Shown: positions 19,513 to 29,010 of the stretch, one piece after another
Layout of the letters: each line of letters begins with the position of its first letter
Position numbering within the stretch: position 1 is the stretch's first letter
Source of the DNA: an uncultured Sphingorhabdus sp.
GTDB taxonomy: Bacteria > Pseudomonadota > Alphaproteobacteria > Sphingomonadales > Sphingomonadaceae
NCBI GenBank assembly: GCA_964022345.1
Contig: CAXHZT010000003.1
Location: forward strand, 45,365 to 109,364
Reading direction: 5' to 3'
DNA: 64,000 nt
Translations under genes and position numbers: made by a program
Notes under the pieces: model-generated
Database searches by the model: none
Told to the model about the DNA's origin: nothing
The model's input: the letters and a program-made list of their open reading frames with translations, nothing else

Positions 19513-19635
19513 AACAGTCTCCATCCAAGGCAAAGATACGTCAGACTAACGGCTTGGGAGATAAAGACAATCGTTACCCGCTGAAACTGTTGTCATCTGC
19601 AGGTTCAGACGGCGCCCATTCTGCTGCAGCGGCGG

Positions 19636-20223
19636 CTAACCTTCCGCCAGCGTTTCTTCCAGCAAGGCGGCGGCCTTCGCGCCGTCCCAATCCATGGCAC
19701 CAATGACCCGCCATACTTCCTTGCCGCGGGCGTCGTAGAGCACTGTCGTGGGCATCAGACCGGAACCGAAACCAAAGCTCAGTCCGTTTTCGGGATCTAC
19801 ATAAGGTTCCAGCTGCTGATAATTGCCACGTTCAAAAAACGGCACGACTTTCTCTGAACCCTGGATGTCCTGAGACACGACCAGAACCTTGAGCCGGCCC
19901 GTTTCACGCGCAGCCAGTTTATCCAGCATCGGCATTTCCACGATGCAGGGCGCGCACCACGTCGCCCAGATGTTCACCAGCAACGGTTTCCCTGTGAAAT
20001 CGCTTAATCGAACTGTGCTGCCGTCGGGGGATTGAAAGGGCGTGTCGACCATCGCGGTGCCACGCTGTGAAATGTCCAGCTTGCCGACCATGCCCTGACC
20101 ACTTTCGATAGTGCGGCCTTCTTCTCGAGCCACAGTGCCAGCAAATTCTTGCTCCGCCTCGCCGGAGTCTCTATCGCAAGCCGACAGGCTCACCATCAGC
20201 ATCATCGACAGGACGGTTCGCAT
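19636..20223 (-). CDS. tlpA: TlpA-family thiol:disulfide oxidoreductase
   Basis: Thioredoxin motif [10 protein letters not shown] and a lipoprotein-like N-terminus [16 protein letters not shown]. The start at 20223 avoids overlap with the divergent argH. Confidence 0.85.
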   Translation of the reverse strand: MRTVLSMMLMVSLSACDRDSGEAEQEFAGTVAREEGRTIESGQGMVGKLDISQRGTAMVDTPFQSPDGSTVRLSDFTGKPLLVNIWATWCAPCIVEMPMLDKLAARETGRLKVLVVSQDIQGSEKVVPFFERGNYQQLEPYVDPENGLSFGFGSGLMPTTVLYDARGKEVWRVIGAMDWDGAKAAALLEETLAEG

Positions 20224-20251
20224 CACAAAAGGCACAAAAAATTCCAATATC

Positions 20252-21628
20252 ATGTGGGGCGGCAGATTTGCCGATGGCCCTTCATCAATCATGCGCGAGA
20301 TAAACGCGTCGATACCGTTCGACAAGAAATTATGGCGGCATGATATTCGCGCGAGTCTGGCACATGTGGCGATGTTGGCGGAACAGGGCATCGTCGAGGC
20401 AGAGGACGCGACGCAGATCATCAACGGTCTGAATCAGATTGCCCAGGAATATGAGACCGATGGGATCACCGAGGATCTCGACCTTGAAGATATCCATATG
20501 CACGTGGAAGCGCGCCTCTCGGAGATTATCGGGCCAGTAGCCGGCCGGCTGCACACCGCGCGGTCGCGCAATGACCAAGTGGCAACCGATTTCCGGCTCT
20601 GGGTACGCGAAGCCATGGACATGGTCGATGATGCTCTGGGAAGCCTGCAAAAGGCTCTGGTTGATCGCGCCGAAGAACATGCTGAGACGATCATGCCGGG
20701 CTTCACCCATTTGCAATCGGCCCAGCCGGTCAGTCTCGGCCATCATATGATGGCCTATTACGAAATGATCCGGCGGGACCGTTCCCGGTTTGCCGATGCG
20801 CGGAAGCGGATGAACGAATCACCGCTCGGTGCCGCAGCGCTGGCAGGCACGGGTTTCCCGATTGATCGCGAGAAAACAGCGTCTATGCTGGGTTTTGATG
20901 GTCCGACGGGCAACAGCCTCGATTCGGTTTCGGATCGGGATTTCGCGCTCGACTATCTGATGGCGGCAACACAGTGCAGCCTGCATCTGTCACGGCTGGC
21001 GGAAGAATTTGTCATCTGGGCAAGCCAGCCGTTTGGCTTCGTCAAATTGCCCGACAGTTTCTCGACCGGCTCCTCGATCATGCCGCAGAAGCGCAATCCC
21101 GATGCTGCGGAGCTGGTGCGCGGTCATTGCGGGCGGATCGCCGGCGCGATGAACGCGTTGGTGATCACGATGAAGGGACTACCCCTTGCTTATTCGAAAG
21201 ATATGCAGGACGACAAGCCGCCGGTGTTCGAAGCCCATGACCTGCTCGGCCTGTCGATCGCTGCGATGACCGGGATGATCGCCGAAGTCGAATTCAGCGG
21301 CAGCCGGATGCGCGCTCTGGCGGAATCCGGTTTCTCGACCGCAACCGATTTTGCCGACTGGCTGGTCCGTGAAGCCAAGCTGCCCTTTCGGCAAGCGCAT
21401 CATGTTACCGGCGCTGTCGTTTCCCTGGCGGAAGAACAGGGCTGCGGCCTGGCCGATCTTACGCTCGAGCAATTCCAGGCAATCGACGACCGGATCACTG
21501 CCGACGTATTCAACGTGCTGAGCGTCGATGCTTCGGTGGCCAGCCGGTCCAGCTATGGCGGGACGGCGCCGGACCAGGTAAGGGTTCAGGTTGCCAGAGC
21601 CAGAAAAGCATTGGGGCTGGAGAGCTGA
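20252..21628 (+). CDS. argH: Argininosuccinate lyase
   Basis: MWGGRF N-terminus and the fumarate-lyase signature [12 protein letters not shown]. Confidence 0.97.
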   Translation: MWGGRFADGPSSIMREINASIPFDKKLWRHDIRASLAHVAMLAEQGIVEAEDATQIINGLNQIAQEYETDGITEDLDLEDIHMHVEARLSEIIGPVAGRLHTARSRNDQVATDFRLWVREAMDMVDDALGSLQKALVDRAEEHAETIMPGFTHLQSAQPVSLGHHMMAYYEMIRRDRSRFADARKRMNESPLGAAALAGTGFPIDREKTASMLGFDGPTGNSLDSVSDRDFALDYLMAATQCSLHLSRLAEEFVIWASQPFGFVKLPDSFSTGSSIMPQKRNPDAAELVRGHCGRIAGAMNALVITMKGLPLAYSKDMQDDKPPVFEAHDLLGLSIAAMTGMIAEVEFSGSRMRALAESGFSTATDFADWLVREAKLPFRQAHHVTGAVVSLAEEQGCGLADLTLEQFQAIDDRITADVFNVLSVDASVASRSSYGGTAPDQVRVQVARARKALGLES

Positions 21629-21629
21629 A

Positions 21630-21881
21630 ATGAACAAAATCCATTCGATCATGCTGCTCGCCGGCGCAACGCTGGTTCTGGCGGCGTGCGGTAACCGGGG
21701 TTCATTGGAACCTGCAAAAGGCGAGGCCCTGCCTCCCCCGGTCTATGGGGAAATGAAGACGCCCAGCGGAGAAGACCTGCTGGTCCCGTCGAGCCAGGCG
21801 ATGCCGGAGCGCAGCGATGAGCTGCTCCGCCGGTCGGAAGAGCGGCAGGATGACGAATTCGATCTGCCACCTCCCGGCTGA
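21630..21881 (+). CDS. Small lipoprotein, LptM/YifL-like
   Basis: MNKIHSIMLLAGATLVLAACGNRGSLEP lipobox. It occupies the position between argH and lysA where a small lipoprotein commonly sits. Confidence 0.6.
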   Translation: MNKIHSIMLLAGATLVLAACGNRGSLEPAKGEALPPPVYGEMKTPSGEDLLVPSSQAMPERSDELLRRSEERQDDEFDLPPPG

Positions 21882-21912
21882 ACCCCTTCCACACGTTTGA
21901 AAGTATTGTAAA

Positions 21913-23172
21913 TTGGACCACTTCCAGCTCAAAAATGGGATATTGCACGCGGAAGATATTCCCTTGCCGAAAATCGCCGAGGAAGTCGGCACCCCTGTCT
22001 ATGTTTATTCCCGCGCAACGCTCGAGCGGCACGCGCGCGTGTTTCGTGAAGGGTTGAAGGACGCGGGCAAAATTCATCTCGCCTTCGCCGTGAAAGCCAA
22101 CCCCAATCTTGCGGTCCTTCGTATCCTTGCCAATGAGGGCTATGGCGGGGACGTGGTGTCCGGCGGGGAAATGCTGCGGGCGCTGGCCGCTGGCATGAAG
22201 GCGGAAGATATTGTTTTCTCCGGTGTGGGGAAGAGCCATGAAGAGCTGACCCTGGGTCTGGACAAGGGCATTGGCCAATTCAATCTGGAATCGGAAGAGG
22301 AAGGCGTGATGCTCGCGGAAATCGCGGCTGCCCGCGGGGAGAAGGCCTCGGCAACGCTGCGCGTGAATCCCGATGTCGATGCCGGCACCCATGCGAAGAT
22401 CTCGACCGGCAAGAAAGAGAATAAATTCGGGGTCGGGATCGACGTCGCACCGGATATCTACGCGCGGCTGTCCAGACTCGAAGGGCTGAACCTGCGCGGT
22501 GTCGCCGTGCATATCGGCAGCCAGTTGCAGAGCCTCGACCCGCTGGAAAAATGCTATGCCAGAATGGGCGAGCTGGTCGCACAGCTGCGCGGGGCTGGCC
22601 ATGTCATTACCCATGTCGATCTGGGCGGCGGCCTGGGCGTGCCCTACAAGCCGGAAGACAATCCGCCGAGCCCCGCAGAATATGGCGCCATGGTCGCGCG
22701 CGTGACCCGGGACTGGAATGTCACCCTGATGTTCGAGCCCGGTCGGGTGATCGCCGGCAACAGCGGCATCATGATCACCAGGGTCATCCGGATAAAACCC
22801 GGCGTGAACAGCGATTTTGTCATTGTCGACGCGGCAATGAACGATCTGATGCGGCCGGCTATTTATGACGCCTGGCATGATTTTGAAGCGGTCGAACCAA
22901 GCGGCGAAACGATGGTCGCTTCGATTGTCGGCCCGATTTGTGAAAGCAGCGATATCTTCGCGAAGGAACGGGTTGTTGATCGCGTCGAGACGGATGATCT
23001 GGGGATTTTCCGGACAGCCGGTGCCTATGGTGCAACGATGGCCAATACCTATAACAGCCGGCCGCTGGTGCCGGAAGTGTTGGTGGATGGCGATCGCTAT
23101 GCCGTGGTCGCCGAACGGATCGAACCGGCGACCATCATGGCCGCGGAACATGTGCCCGACTGGCTGAAATAA
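21913..23172 (+). CDS. lysA: Diaminopimelate decarboxylase
   Basis: PLP-binding AVKAN, HIGSQ, GGGLGV and the CESSD motif. Confidence 0.97.
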   Translation: MDHFQLKNGILHAEDIPLPKIAEEVGTPVYVYSRATLERHARVFREGLKDAGKIHLAFAVKANPNLAVLRILANEGYGGDVVSGGEMLRALAAGMKAEDIVFSGVGKSHEELTLGLDKGIGQFNLESEEEGVMLAEIAAARGEKASATLRVNPDVDAGTHAKISTGKKENKFGVGIDVAPDIYARLSRLEGLNLRGVAVHIGSQLQSLDPLEKCYARMGELVAQLRGAGHVITHVDLGGGLGVPYKPEDNPPSPAEYGAMVARVTRDWNVTLMFEPGRVIAGNSGIMITRVIRIKPGVNSDFVIVDAAMNDLMRPAIYDAWHDFEAVEPSGETMVASIVGPICESSDIFAKERVVDRVETDDLGIFRTAGAYGATMANTYNSRPLVPEVLVDGDRYAVVAERIEPATIMAAEHVPDWLK

Positions 23173-23211
23173 CCGCCGCACCGGCAAGGGCCGGGTTGGC
23201 CAGATAAATAG

Positions 23212-23997
23212 GTGAATGCGATGAACCAGTTGCCTATCTTCGTCAATTTGCAGGGTCGCAAGATCCTCCTTCTCGGCCGTGGCGAAATGGCCGACGCCAA
23301 GAAGCGTCTCTATGAGCGGGCCGGCGCGGTAATCACCGACGATGAGAATGCCGATGGGCTAACGCTGGCGGTGGTTGCGCTGGAAAATGATGACGAAGCG
23401 ATCGCAGCGGTTGCGCGCCTGAAAGCCAGAGGTCTGCTGGTCAATGCCGTCGACCGGTCTGCGCTGTGCGACTATACCACTCCTGCGATCATCGACCGCG
23501 ACCCGGTTCTGCTTGCCATAGGCACGGGCGGTGCTTCGGCCGGATTGGCCAAGGCGCTGCGACAGCGGCTGGAGCAATTGCTGCCAGCCAGTCTGGGAAC
23601 CCTGGCGCAGGGGTTGTTGGCCGCGCGGGAACGAATCCAGCAGACTTGGCCCGATGCAGCCGCGCGCCGCAAGGCGATTGATGCCGTGCTCGATCCCGGC
23701 GGCCCGCTCGACGTGCTCGCCGAGCATCAATTGGAAGATTTGGAAGCATGGCTTGATCAGCCGCACGGCGAGGCCCGCTCGCAGGTCATCGATCTGGAAC
23801 TGGCGAGCGCCGACCCCGATGATCTGACATTGCGGCAGGCGCGCTGGCTGGGTCAGGCGGATCAGATATTGGCGGGTGATGACGTGCCGGAAGCGGTGCT
23901 CGCCCGCGCCCGGGCCGATGCCCAGCGTTTCGCCCTGACATTGTGGGACGAAAGCCCTATAGAGGGACTGACCCTGCGGATACGGATGAAAAGATGA
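23212..23997 (+). CDS. Precorrin-2 dehydrogenase / sirohydrochlorin ferrochelatase-like protein (CysG N-terminal domains) with a degenerate methylase stub
   Basis: LPIFVNLQGRKILLLGRGEMA Rossmann start and AIGTGGASAGLAKALR typical of the siroheme synthase N-half. The C-terminal ~60 aa resemble the start of the SUMT domain but lack the GAGPGDP motif. Confidence 0.7.
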   Translation: MNAMNQLPIFVNLQGRKILLLGRGEMADAKKRLYERAGAVITDDENADGLTLAVVALENDDEAIAAVARLKARGLLVNAVDRSALCDYTTPAIIDRDPVLLAIGTGGASAGLAKALRQRLEQLLPASLGTLAQGLLAARERIQQTWPDAAARRKAIDAVLDPGGPLDVLAEHQLEDLEAWLDQPHGEARSQVIDLELASADPDDLTLRQARWLGQADQILAGDDVPEAVLARARADAQRFALTLWDESPIEGLTLRIRMKR

Positions 23998-24467
23998 CCG
24001 GAATTTCCGAAATCGCCAATGCCAATATCGTCACGGTGCTGCAGACGGCCCTGGCGCCCGCATTTCTGCTGGTTGGTATCGGGGCCATGCTCAACCTGTT
24101 CGCCGGGCGTCTGGCGCGGATCATCGACCGGTCTCGTGATCTGCAGGAGCTGTTCAAGTCGACCACCGGAAAGGATCACGCGCTTGTCGTTGCCGAGCTG
24201 GGTGACCTGCAGGTACGGCTCAGGGTCGTCAACAGCGCCATTTTCCTGAGCGTTGTCAGCGCGATCACAGCCTGCGCTCTGATCGGCATATTGTTCATCA
24301 TGGAACTGACCGGCATCGATCTTTCGCTTGCCATAGCGAGCGCATTTGTCATTGCGATCAGCCTGCTTTCTATCGCCCTTATCCAGTTCCTGCGGGAGGT
24401 GCGGATTGGCGTTCGCGATTTCATGATCCGCGAGGAATATCTGGAGAAAACCGACAGCGCGCAATGA
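23994..24467 (+). CDS. DUF2721 family membrane protein
   Basis: 157 aa with three TM segments. The N-terminal ALAPAFLLVGIGAMLNLF..RL.RI.DR pattern is typical of DUF2721. Its ATG overlaps the preceding stop (ATGA). Confidence 0.75.
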   Translation: MTGISEIANANIVTVLQTALAPAFLLVGIGAMLNLFAGRLARIIDRSRDLQELFKSTTGKDHALVVAELGDLQVRLRVVNSAIFLSVVSAITACALIGILFIMELTGIDLSLAIASAFVIAISLLSIALIQFLREVRIGVRDFMIREEYLEKTDSAQ

Positions 24468-24503
24468 AAAGAGGCTGCCGGTCCCTTGGGACCAACAGCC
24501 TCT
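24467..24503. terminator. Extended GC hairpin, bidirectional terminator candidate
   Basis: agaggctg/cagcctct outer stem (24470-24477 / 24496-24503) enclosing ggtccc-tt-gggacc. A T-run follows only on the minus strand (ctcttttca). Confidence 0.5.
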
Positions 24504-24550
24504 GAACATGGGTCAGCGGTAGGAAGTGCCGCTGCCGGGTTGCCTGATCC

Positions 24551-24610
24551 TTAGACCAGAATTGCCCCCCGAACGGATTTTTCCGACCCCTGTGCTGAAC
24601 CATGAGACAT
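24551..24610 (-). CDS. Candidate 19-aa small ORF (MSHGSAQGSEKSVRGAILV)
   Basis: A perfect SD AAGGAGG (24618-24624) lies 7 nt upstream of the ATG at 24610. The hairpin terminator sits about 45 nt downstream on the same strand. No homology is known to me. Confidence 0.3.
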   Translation of the reverse strand: MSHGSAQGSEKSVRGAILV

Positions 24611-24771
24611 CGGACCACCTCCTTTCGCTTGTGAATAAAATACGAACTGTTGCATTGAAACTTCTCCGCTGTTCGACGCTGTGAATGTGAATCAACGCCT
24701 GTTTCCGAACAAGTCTTGAATTATTTTATTTTGCTGTCACAATTGCGCGTTCCGGCCTGATGCCCCGTGGA

Positions 24772-25311
24772 TCAGCTCCGGCAATCTTCCACCACACGAC
24801 TGAACTCCGGCCACACCGGAATGGCGATCGATTGGAGGCCGCTGGTTTCCACGGCAAAGCGACCGCGGCTATAGGCGATACGGTCCATCATGATATCACC
24901 CGGCGTTACTGTAATGGCGGCATAAGGCGGCGTTCCACCGCTATTTCTTGCGGGGTAGGATTGCATGCCCGCGCTGGCACGCAGAACCATGGTCGCACCG
25001 CTGCCTACCGATCCGGCGCGTGACAGGAACAACTGTCGTTGCGACTGGTCGCAGCGGATTATGAAAATGGCTGGACGGCCAGTCTCTCCGAATAATGCGA
25101 GCGACCCGCGCGCGTCCTCCCGATAGACCCAGTCGCCGGGCGTGATCGGCCAGTCGATCCAGTCGCCTTCGGGTTGCGCCGGGGCCGACACAGGCTTTGC
25201 GACCGGCTTGACCGGTTGCGGTGCCGGGGCGGGCTCCGGAGGCGCGGTAGAACATGCCGTCAGTGCCAGCAGGACCAGGGAAAAGCAGAAAGGGGATGAA
25301 ATGATTCTCAT
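24772..25311 (-). CDS. Hypothetical lipoprotein with Pro/Ala-rich linker
   Basis: Lipobox LLALTAC followed by PPEPAPAPQPVKPVAKPVSAPAQP and then a globular domain. I did not recognise a family. Confidence 0.6.
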   Translation of the reverse strand: MRIISSPFCFSLVLLALTACSTAPPEPAPAPQPVKPVAKPVSAPAQPEGDWIDWPITPGDWVYREDARGSLALFGETGRPAIFIIRCDQSQRQLFLSRAGSVGSGATMVLRASAGMQSYPARNSGGTPPYAAITVTPGDIMMDRIAYSRGRFAVETSGLQSIAIPVWPEFSRVVEDCRS

Positions 25312-25361
25312 GGTAAAGGAATATGGCCAAAAGCGTGACGCTAGGCTAGTCCTGATTTCCC

Positions 25362-26132
25362 ATGAGCCAGTCCGATCCCAAAGTCGCCAAGCAGCGTGTT
25401 GACCAGATATTGACGGACCGCGGCCTTGCCGAAAGCCGCGCCAAGGCGCAAGCCTATATCATGGCTGGTCTGGTTACGGTGTCCGGCAAGAAAATCGACA
25501 AGCCGGGACAAAAGATAGCCGGCGATGCAGCGATCGAGCTGAAGGGCAAAGACCATCCTTGGGTTTCGCGTGGCGGCATCAAGCTGGATCACGCACTGCG
25601 GCATTTTGACATTGATGTGACGGGGATGATCGCGATGGACGTCGGCAGCAGCACCGGTGGTTTTACCGACGTTCTGCTCGCCGGTGGAGCGGAAAAGGTC
25701 TATGCTGTGGACAGCGGCACCAACCAGCTGGCGTGGAAGCTCCGGCAGGACGACCGGGTTGTGGTCCACGAGCAAACCAGCGCCCGGATTCTCACCGACC
25801 AGCATATCCCCGAAAAAGTCGATATCATCGTGTGCGATGCGAGTTTTATTTCACTGGTCAAAGTGCTGGAGCGACCGCTTGATTTCGCCAAGGAGAAGGC
25901 GACCCTGATCGCGCTGGTCAAGCCGCAATTCGAGGCCGAGCGTCATGATGTCGGCAAGGGCGGGGTGGTGCGGGATGAAGCGGTCCGCGCGGCAACCTGT
26001 GAAAAAGTGAGAGAGTGGCTGGTCGCGTCGGGCTGGCACATTCTGGGGATCACCGAAAGCCCGATCACCGGTCCCAAGGGCAATGTGGAATTTCTTATCG
26101 CGGCGACACATTCCGGCGAAGGGCAGCTATGA
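25362..26132 (+). CDS. tlyA: TlyA family rRNA (cytidine-2'-O)-methyltransferase
   Basis: An S4-like N-terminus (R.D..L..RGLA.SR..A) and an FtsJ-like SAM domain (DVGSSTGGFTDVLL). Confidence 0.9.
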   Translation: MSQSDPKVAKQRVDQILTDRGLAESRAKAQAYIMAGLVTVSGKKIDKPGQKIAGDAAIELKGKDHPWVSRGGIKLDHALRHFDIDVTGMIAMDVGSSTGGFTDVLLAGGAEKVYAVDSGTNQLAWKLRQDDRVVVHEQTSARILTDQHIPEKVDIIVCDASFISLVKVLERPLDFAKEKATLIALVKPQFEAERHDVGKGGVVRDEAVRAATCEKVREWLVASGWHILGITESPITGPKGNVEFLIAATHSGEGQL

Positions 26133-26191
26133 CGATGTCGCGAATATCGCGCGGCTTGTTATTGCCGCTACTTCTCCCTAGCTGAGAGACT

Positions 26192-27358
26192 ATGACCAAT
26201 ACAACCGAACCCGCCCTATTGCCGACCGTCCCGCATATCGGGGCTGCTTTCCAGCGTTTGATCACCGATGTTTCCGACTGGCTGGCCAACAATTATGTGG
26301 AACTCCTTATCGCGGTCGCCATCGGAACCGGGATTGTCTTTCTGCTCGGTGCCATCAAGCGCTTCGCCGCCCGCTACGTCCGCAACAATGTCGGCCTGAC
26401 CGGCTATCGCACCATCATCGTCAAGGCGATTGCCCGCACCAGCAAGATATTCATGCTGATGGTCTCCGCCCAGCTCGTGGTCAGCTTTGCCAACGCGCCC
26501 TCCAGCGTTGACCGCATCGTGCAGGTGCTGTTCACCATCGCTGCCGTGGTCCAGACGGCCATCTGGCTCCGGGAGATCATCCTTGGGCTGATCATTCGCC
26601 GGACGTCGCAGGATCCCGACCAGCATGAAACGCTGCACAGCGCGATGACCCTGATCCGCATATTGGTGACCTTCGTGCTGTTCGCCATCGCTACCATCAT
26701 GATTCTCGACAATCTCGGGATCAATGTCACGGGCCTGATTGCCGGTCTCGGGGTCGGTGGTATCGCCATCGGTCTTGCGGCGCAGGGGATTTTTTCCGAT
26801 CTCTTTGCCGCGCTGTCGATCATCTTCGACAAGCCCTTCCGGGCCGGTGATACAATCACCTATGGCACAACCACCGGGACGATCGAGAAAATCGGCCTGA
26901 AAAGCACGCGCCTGCGCTCGATCATGGGGGAAGAGGTGATCATCTCGAACACCAATCTGCTCGATATGGAAATCACCAATCTGACGCGGCTGGCGCGGCG
27001 GCGCACCCGCTATGGCATAGGCGTTATCTATCAGACAAAACCGGATGATGCGCGCCGTATCCCGCAGCTGCTGAAGGAAATCGTCGAATCGAACGACGCC
27101 AGCTTTGTCCGCTCGGGCTTCATAGGATTTGGCGACAGCTCGATCGATTTCCAGCTCGATTTCGATATCATGAGCAGCGATTATGAAGTGGTCTTCGAGG
27201 GACGGCACCGTATCGGACTGGCGATCCTGCAACGGTTCAACGAGGAAGGTTTGGAATTTGCCTATCCGACCCAGACCACGTTCACCGCGGCCCCTGATGG
27301 TGAGATGATTTTGCCTTATCCAGAGGGCGGCTTCCCGGTGACGGTCACCAACGACTAG
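26192..27358 (+). CDS. Mechanosensitive ion channel family protein (MscS-like)
   Basis: Multiple TM helices followed by LFAALSIIFDKPFRAGDTI..G..GTIEKIGLKSTRLRS, the MscS beta-domain signature. Confidence 0.9.
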   Translation: MTNTTEPALLPTVPHIGAAFQRLITDVSDWLANNYVELLIAVAIGTGIVFLLGAIKRFAARYVRNNVGLTGYRTIIVKAIARTSKIFMLMVSAQLVVSFANAPSSVDRIVQVLFTIAAVVQTAIWLREIILGLIIRRTSQDPDQHETLHSAMTLIRILVTFVLFAIATIMILDNLGINVTGLIAGLGVGGIAIGLAAQGIFSDLFAALSIIFDKPFRAGDTITYGTTTGTIEKIGLKSTRLRSIMGEEVIISNTNLLDMEITNLTRLARRRTRYGIGVIYQTKPDDARRIPQLLKEIVESNDASFVRSGFIGFGDSSIDFQLDFDIMSSDYEVVFEGRHRIGLAILQRFNEEGLEFAYPTQTTFTAAPDGEMILPYPEGGFPVTVTND

Positions 27359-27468
27359 CGTTCCGTAACGGCAGCGCCGGGCTGAAAAAATTCCTTGTTA
27401 ATTGGCCGATTAACGGGGACAATGCGCTCAAAATTCGACTCCGATCTAAACTATAAAGGAATTGCACA

Positions 27469-28647
27469 ATGCGTGACGCAGTCATCGTTTCCACCGCCCG
27501 TACCCCCATCGGGCGCGCCTATAAGGGCGCTTTCAACACCACCACCGGCGCCACCCTCGGCCATTATTCGGCAAAAGCGGCCGTCGAAAGAGCAGGAATT
27601 GATCCCGGCACAATCGACGATGTCGTCTGGGGCAGCGCGTTGCAGCAGGGTTCGCAGGGCGGAAACCTCGCCCGTCAGGTTGCATTGCGTGCCGGCTTCC
27701 CGATCGAAGTGCCCGGCATGACGATCGACCGCCAATGTTCTTCCGGTCTGATGGCGATTGCCACAGCGTCCAAACAGGTGACGCTGGACATGATGGATGT
27801 GGTTGTCGGCGGCGGACAGGATTCGATCTCGACCGTCCAGACACCGGAAATGCGGGTCCAGCCGGACCGTGAACTGCTGAAGATGCATGACGATATCTAC
27901 ATGCCGATGCTGCAGACCGCCGAAGTGGTTGGCGAACGCTATGGCATCAGCCGCGAAGCCTGTGACGAATATGCCCTGCAGTCGCAGATGCGCACCGCGG
28001 CGGCTCAGGAAGCTGGCCGTTTTGACGCTGAAATCGTCGAAGTGACCACCACCATGGGCGTCCAGGACAAGGAAACCAAAGAGATTTCCCACGTCGAGGT
28101 CACGATCAACAAGGACGAGGGCAACCGTCCGTCGACCACGCTCGAAGGCCTGCAGAAGCTGCAGCCCGTTCTCGGACCTGACAAGATCGTAACCGCCGGT
28201 AACGCTTCCCAGCTTTCCGATGGATCTGCAGCCAGCGTTGTGATGGAAGCCAAGGCCGCCGAAAAAGCCGGTCTCAACCCGCTCGGCCGCTATGTCGGTA
28301 TGGCGGTTGCCGGTACCAAGCCTGACGAAATGGGCATTGGTCCGGTCTTCGCGATCCCGAAATTGCTCGAACGCTTTAACGTCAAGATGGATGACATCGG
28401 CCTCTGGGAGCTGAACGAAGCTTTCGCTGTGCAAGTGCTCTATTGCCAGCAGAAACTGGGCATTCCCGACGAGCTTCTGAACGTCAATGGCGGCTCGATT
28501 TCGATCGGCCACCCTTATGGCATGACCGGCGCGCGTTGCACCGGCCACGCTTTGATCGAAGGCAAGCGTCGCGGCGCGAAATATGCCGTGGTGACCATGT
28601 GCATCGGCGGCGGCCAGGGCGCAGCCGGCCTGTTCGAAATTTTCTAG
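27469..28647 (+). CDS. Acetyl-CoA C-acyltransferase (thiolase)
   Basis: [15 protein letters not shown], active-site region IDRQCSSGL, and C-terminal [17 protein letters not shown] and MCIGGGQG. Confidence 0.95.
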   Translation: MRDAVIVSTARTPIGRAYKGAFNTTTGATLGHYSAKAAVERAGIDPGTIDDVVWGSALQQGSQGGNLARQVALRAGFPIEVPGMTIDRQCSSGLMAIATASKQVTLDMMDVVVGGGQDSISTVQTPEMRVQPDRELLKMHDDIYMPMLQTAEVVGERYGISREACDEYALQSQMRTAAAQEAGRFDAEIVEVTTTMGVQDKETKEISHVEVTINKDEGNRPSTTLEGLQKLQPVLGPDKIVTAGNASQLSDGSAASVVMEAKAAEKAGLNPLGRYVGMAVAGTKPDEMGIGPVFAIPKLLERFNVKMDDIGLWELNEAFAVQVLYCQQKLGIPDELLNVNGGSISIGHPYGMTGARCTGHALIEGKRRGAKYAVVTMCIGGGQGAAGLFEIF

Positions 28648-28663
28648 AAATCAAAAATATCTG

Positions 28664-28694
28664 GGGCCGGCAGGAAATCGCCGGCCCTTTTTTT
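28664..28694 (+). terminator. Rho-independent terminator of the thiolase gene
   Basis: A perfect 8-bp stem gggccggc/gccggccc (28664-28671 / 28680-28687) followed by T7 (28688-28694). Confidence 0.8.
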
Positions 28695-28711
28695 ATCAGG
28701 GAGAGACTATC

Positions 28712-29005
28712 ATGGCAGCAGTAGGCATTATCGCGACATTGACCGTGGCCGAAGGCAAGAATGCCGATTTCGAAGCCGCTTTTTCCGAACTCATGGCGGC
28801 TGTGCGCGCCAACGAGCCGGGCAATGAATTTTATTCGGTCTTCCAGAGCAAGGATAACCCGCAGCAATATAAAGTGCTTGAGCGCTATGTCGATCAGGCC
28901 GCTCTCGATGCGCACGGGAAATCCGATCATTTCCGGGCCAGTGGTCCAAAGCTCGCGCCCTGCATGGCGGCTGCTCCGGTGATCGAACAGCTCGACGGCA
29001 TTTAA
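28712..29005 (+). CDS. Antibiotic-biosynthesis-monooxygenase (ABM) domain protein, putative quinol monooxygenase
   Basis: 97 aa with a ferredoxin-like pattern (F...F..L...V..NEPG...Y.......P..Y.V.E.Y.D..A...H). Confidence 0.8.
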   Translation: MAAVGIIATLTVAEGKNADFEAAFSELMAAVRANEPGNEFYSVFQSKDNPQQYKVLERYVDQAALDAHGKSDHFRASGPKLAPCMAAAPVIEQLDGI

Positions 29006-29010
29006 TTTGT

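Noticed and set aside
21649-23187. Long antisense ORFs opposite well-supported genes. Examples: 21649-23187 vs lysA, 26216-27232 vs mscS, 27451-28548 vs thiolase, 42618-44225 vs the FAD oxidase, 49931-51349 vs pntB, 57079-58293 vs dinB, 61860-62993 vs AGCS, 8855-9883 vs moeB.
   Set aside because: These are typical shadow ORFs of GC-rich DNA. Their translations are Arg/Gly/Pro/His-rich with no recognisable motifs, while the opposite strand encodes proteins with clear family signatures.
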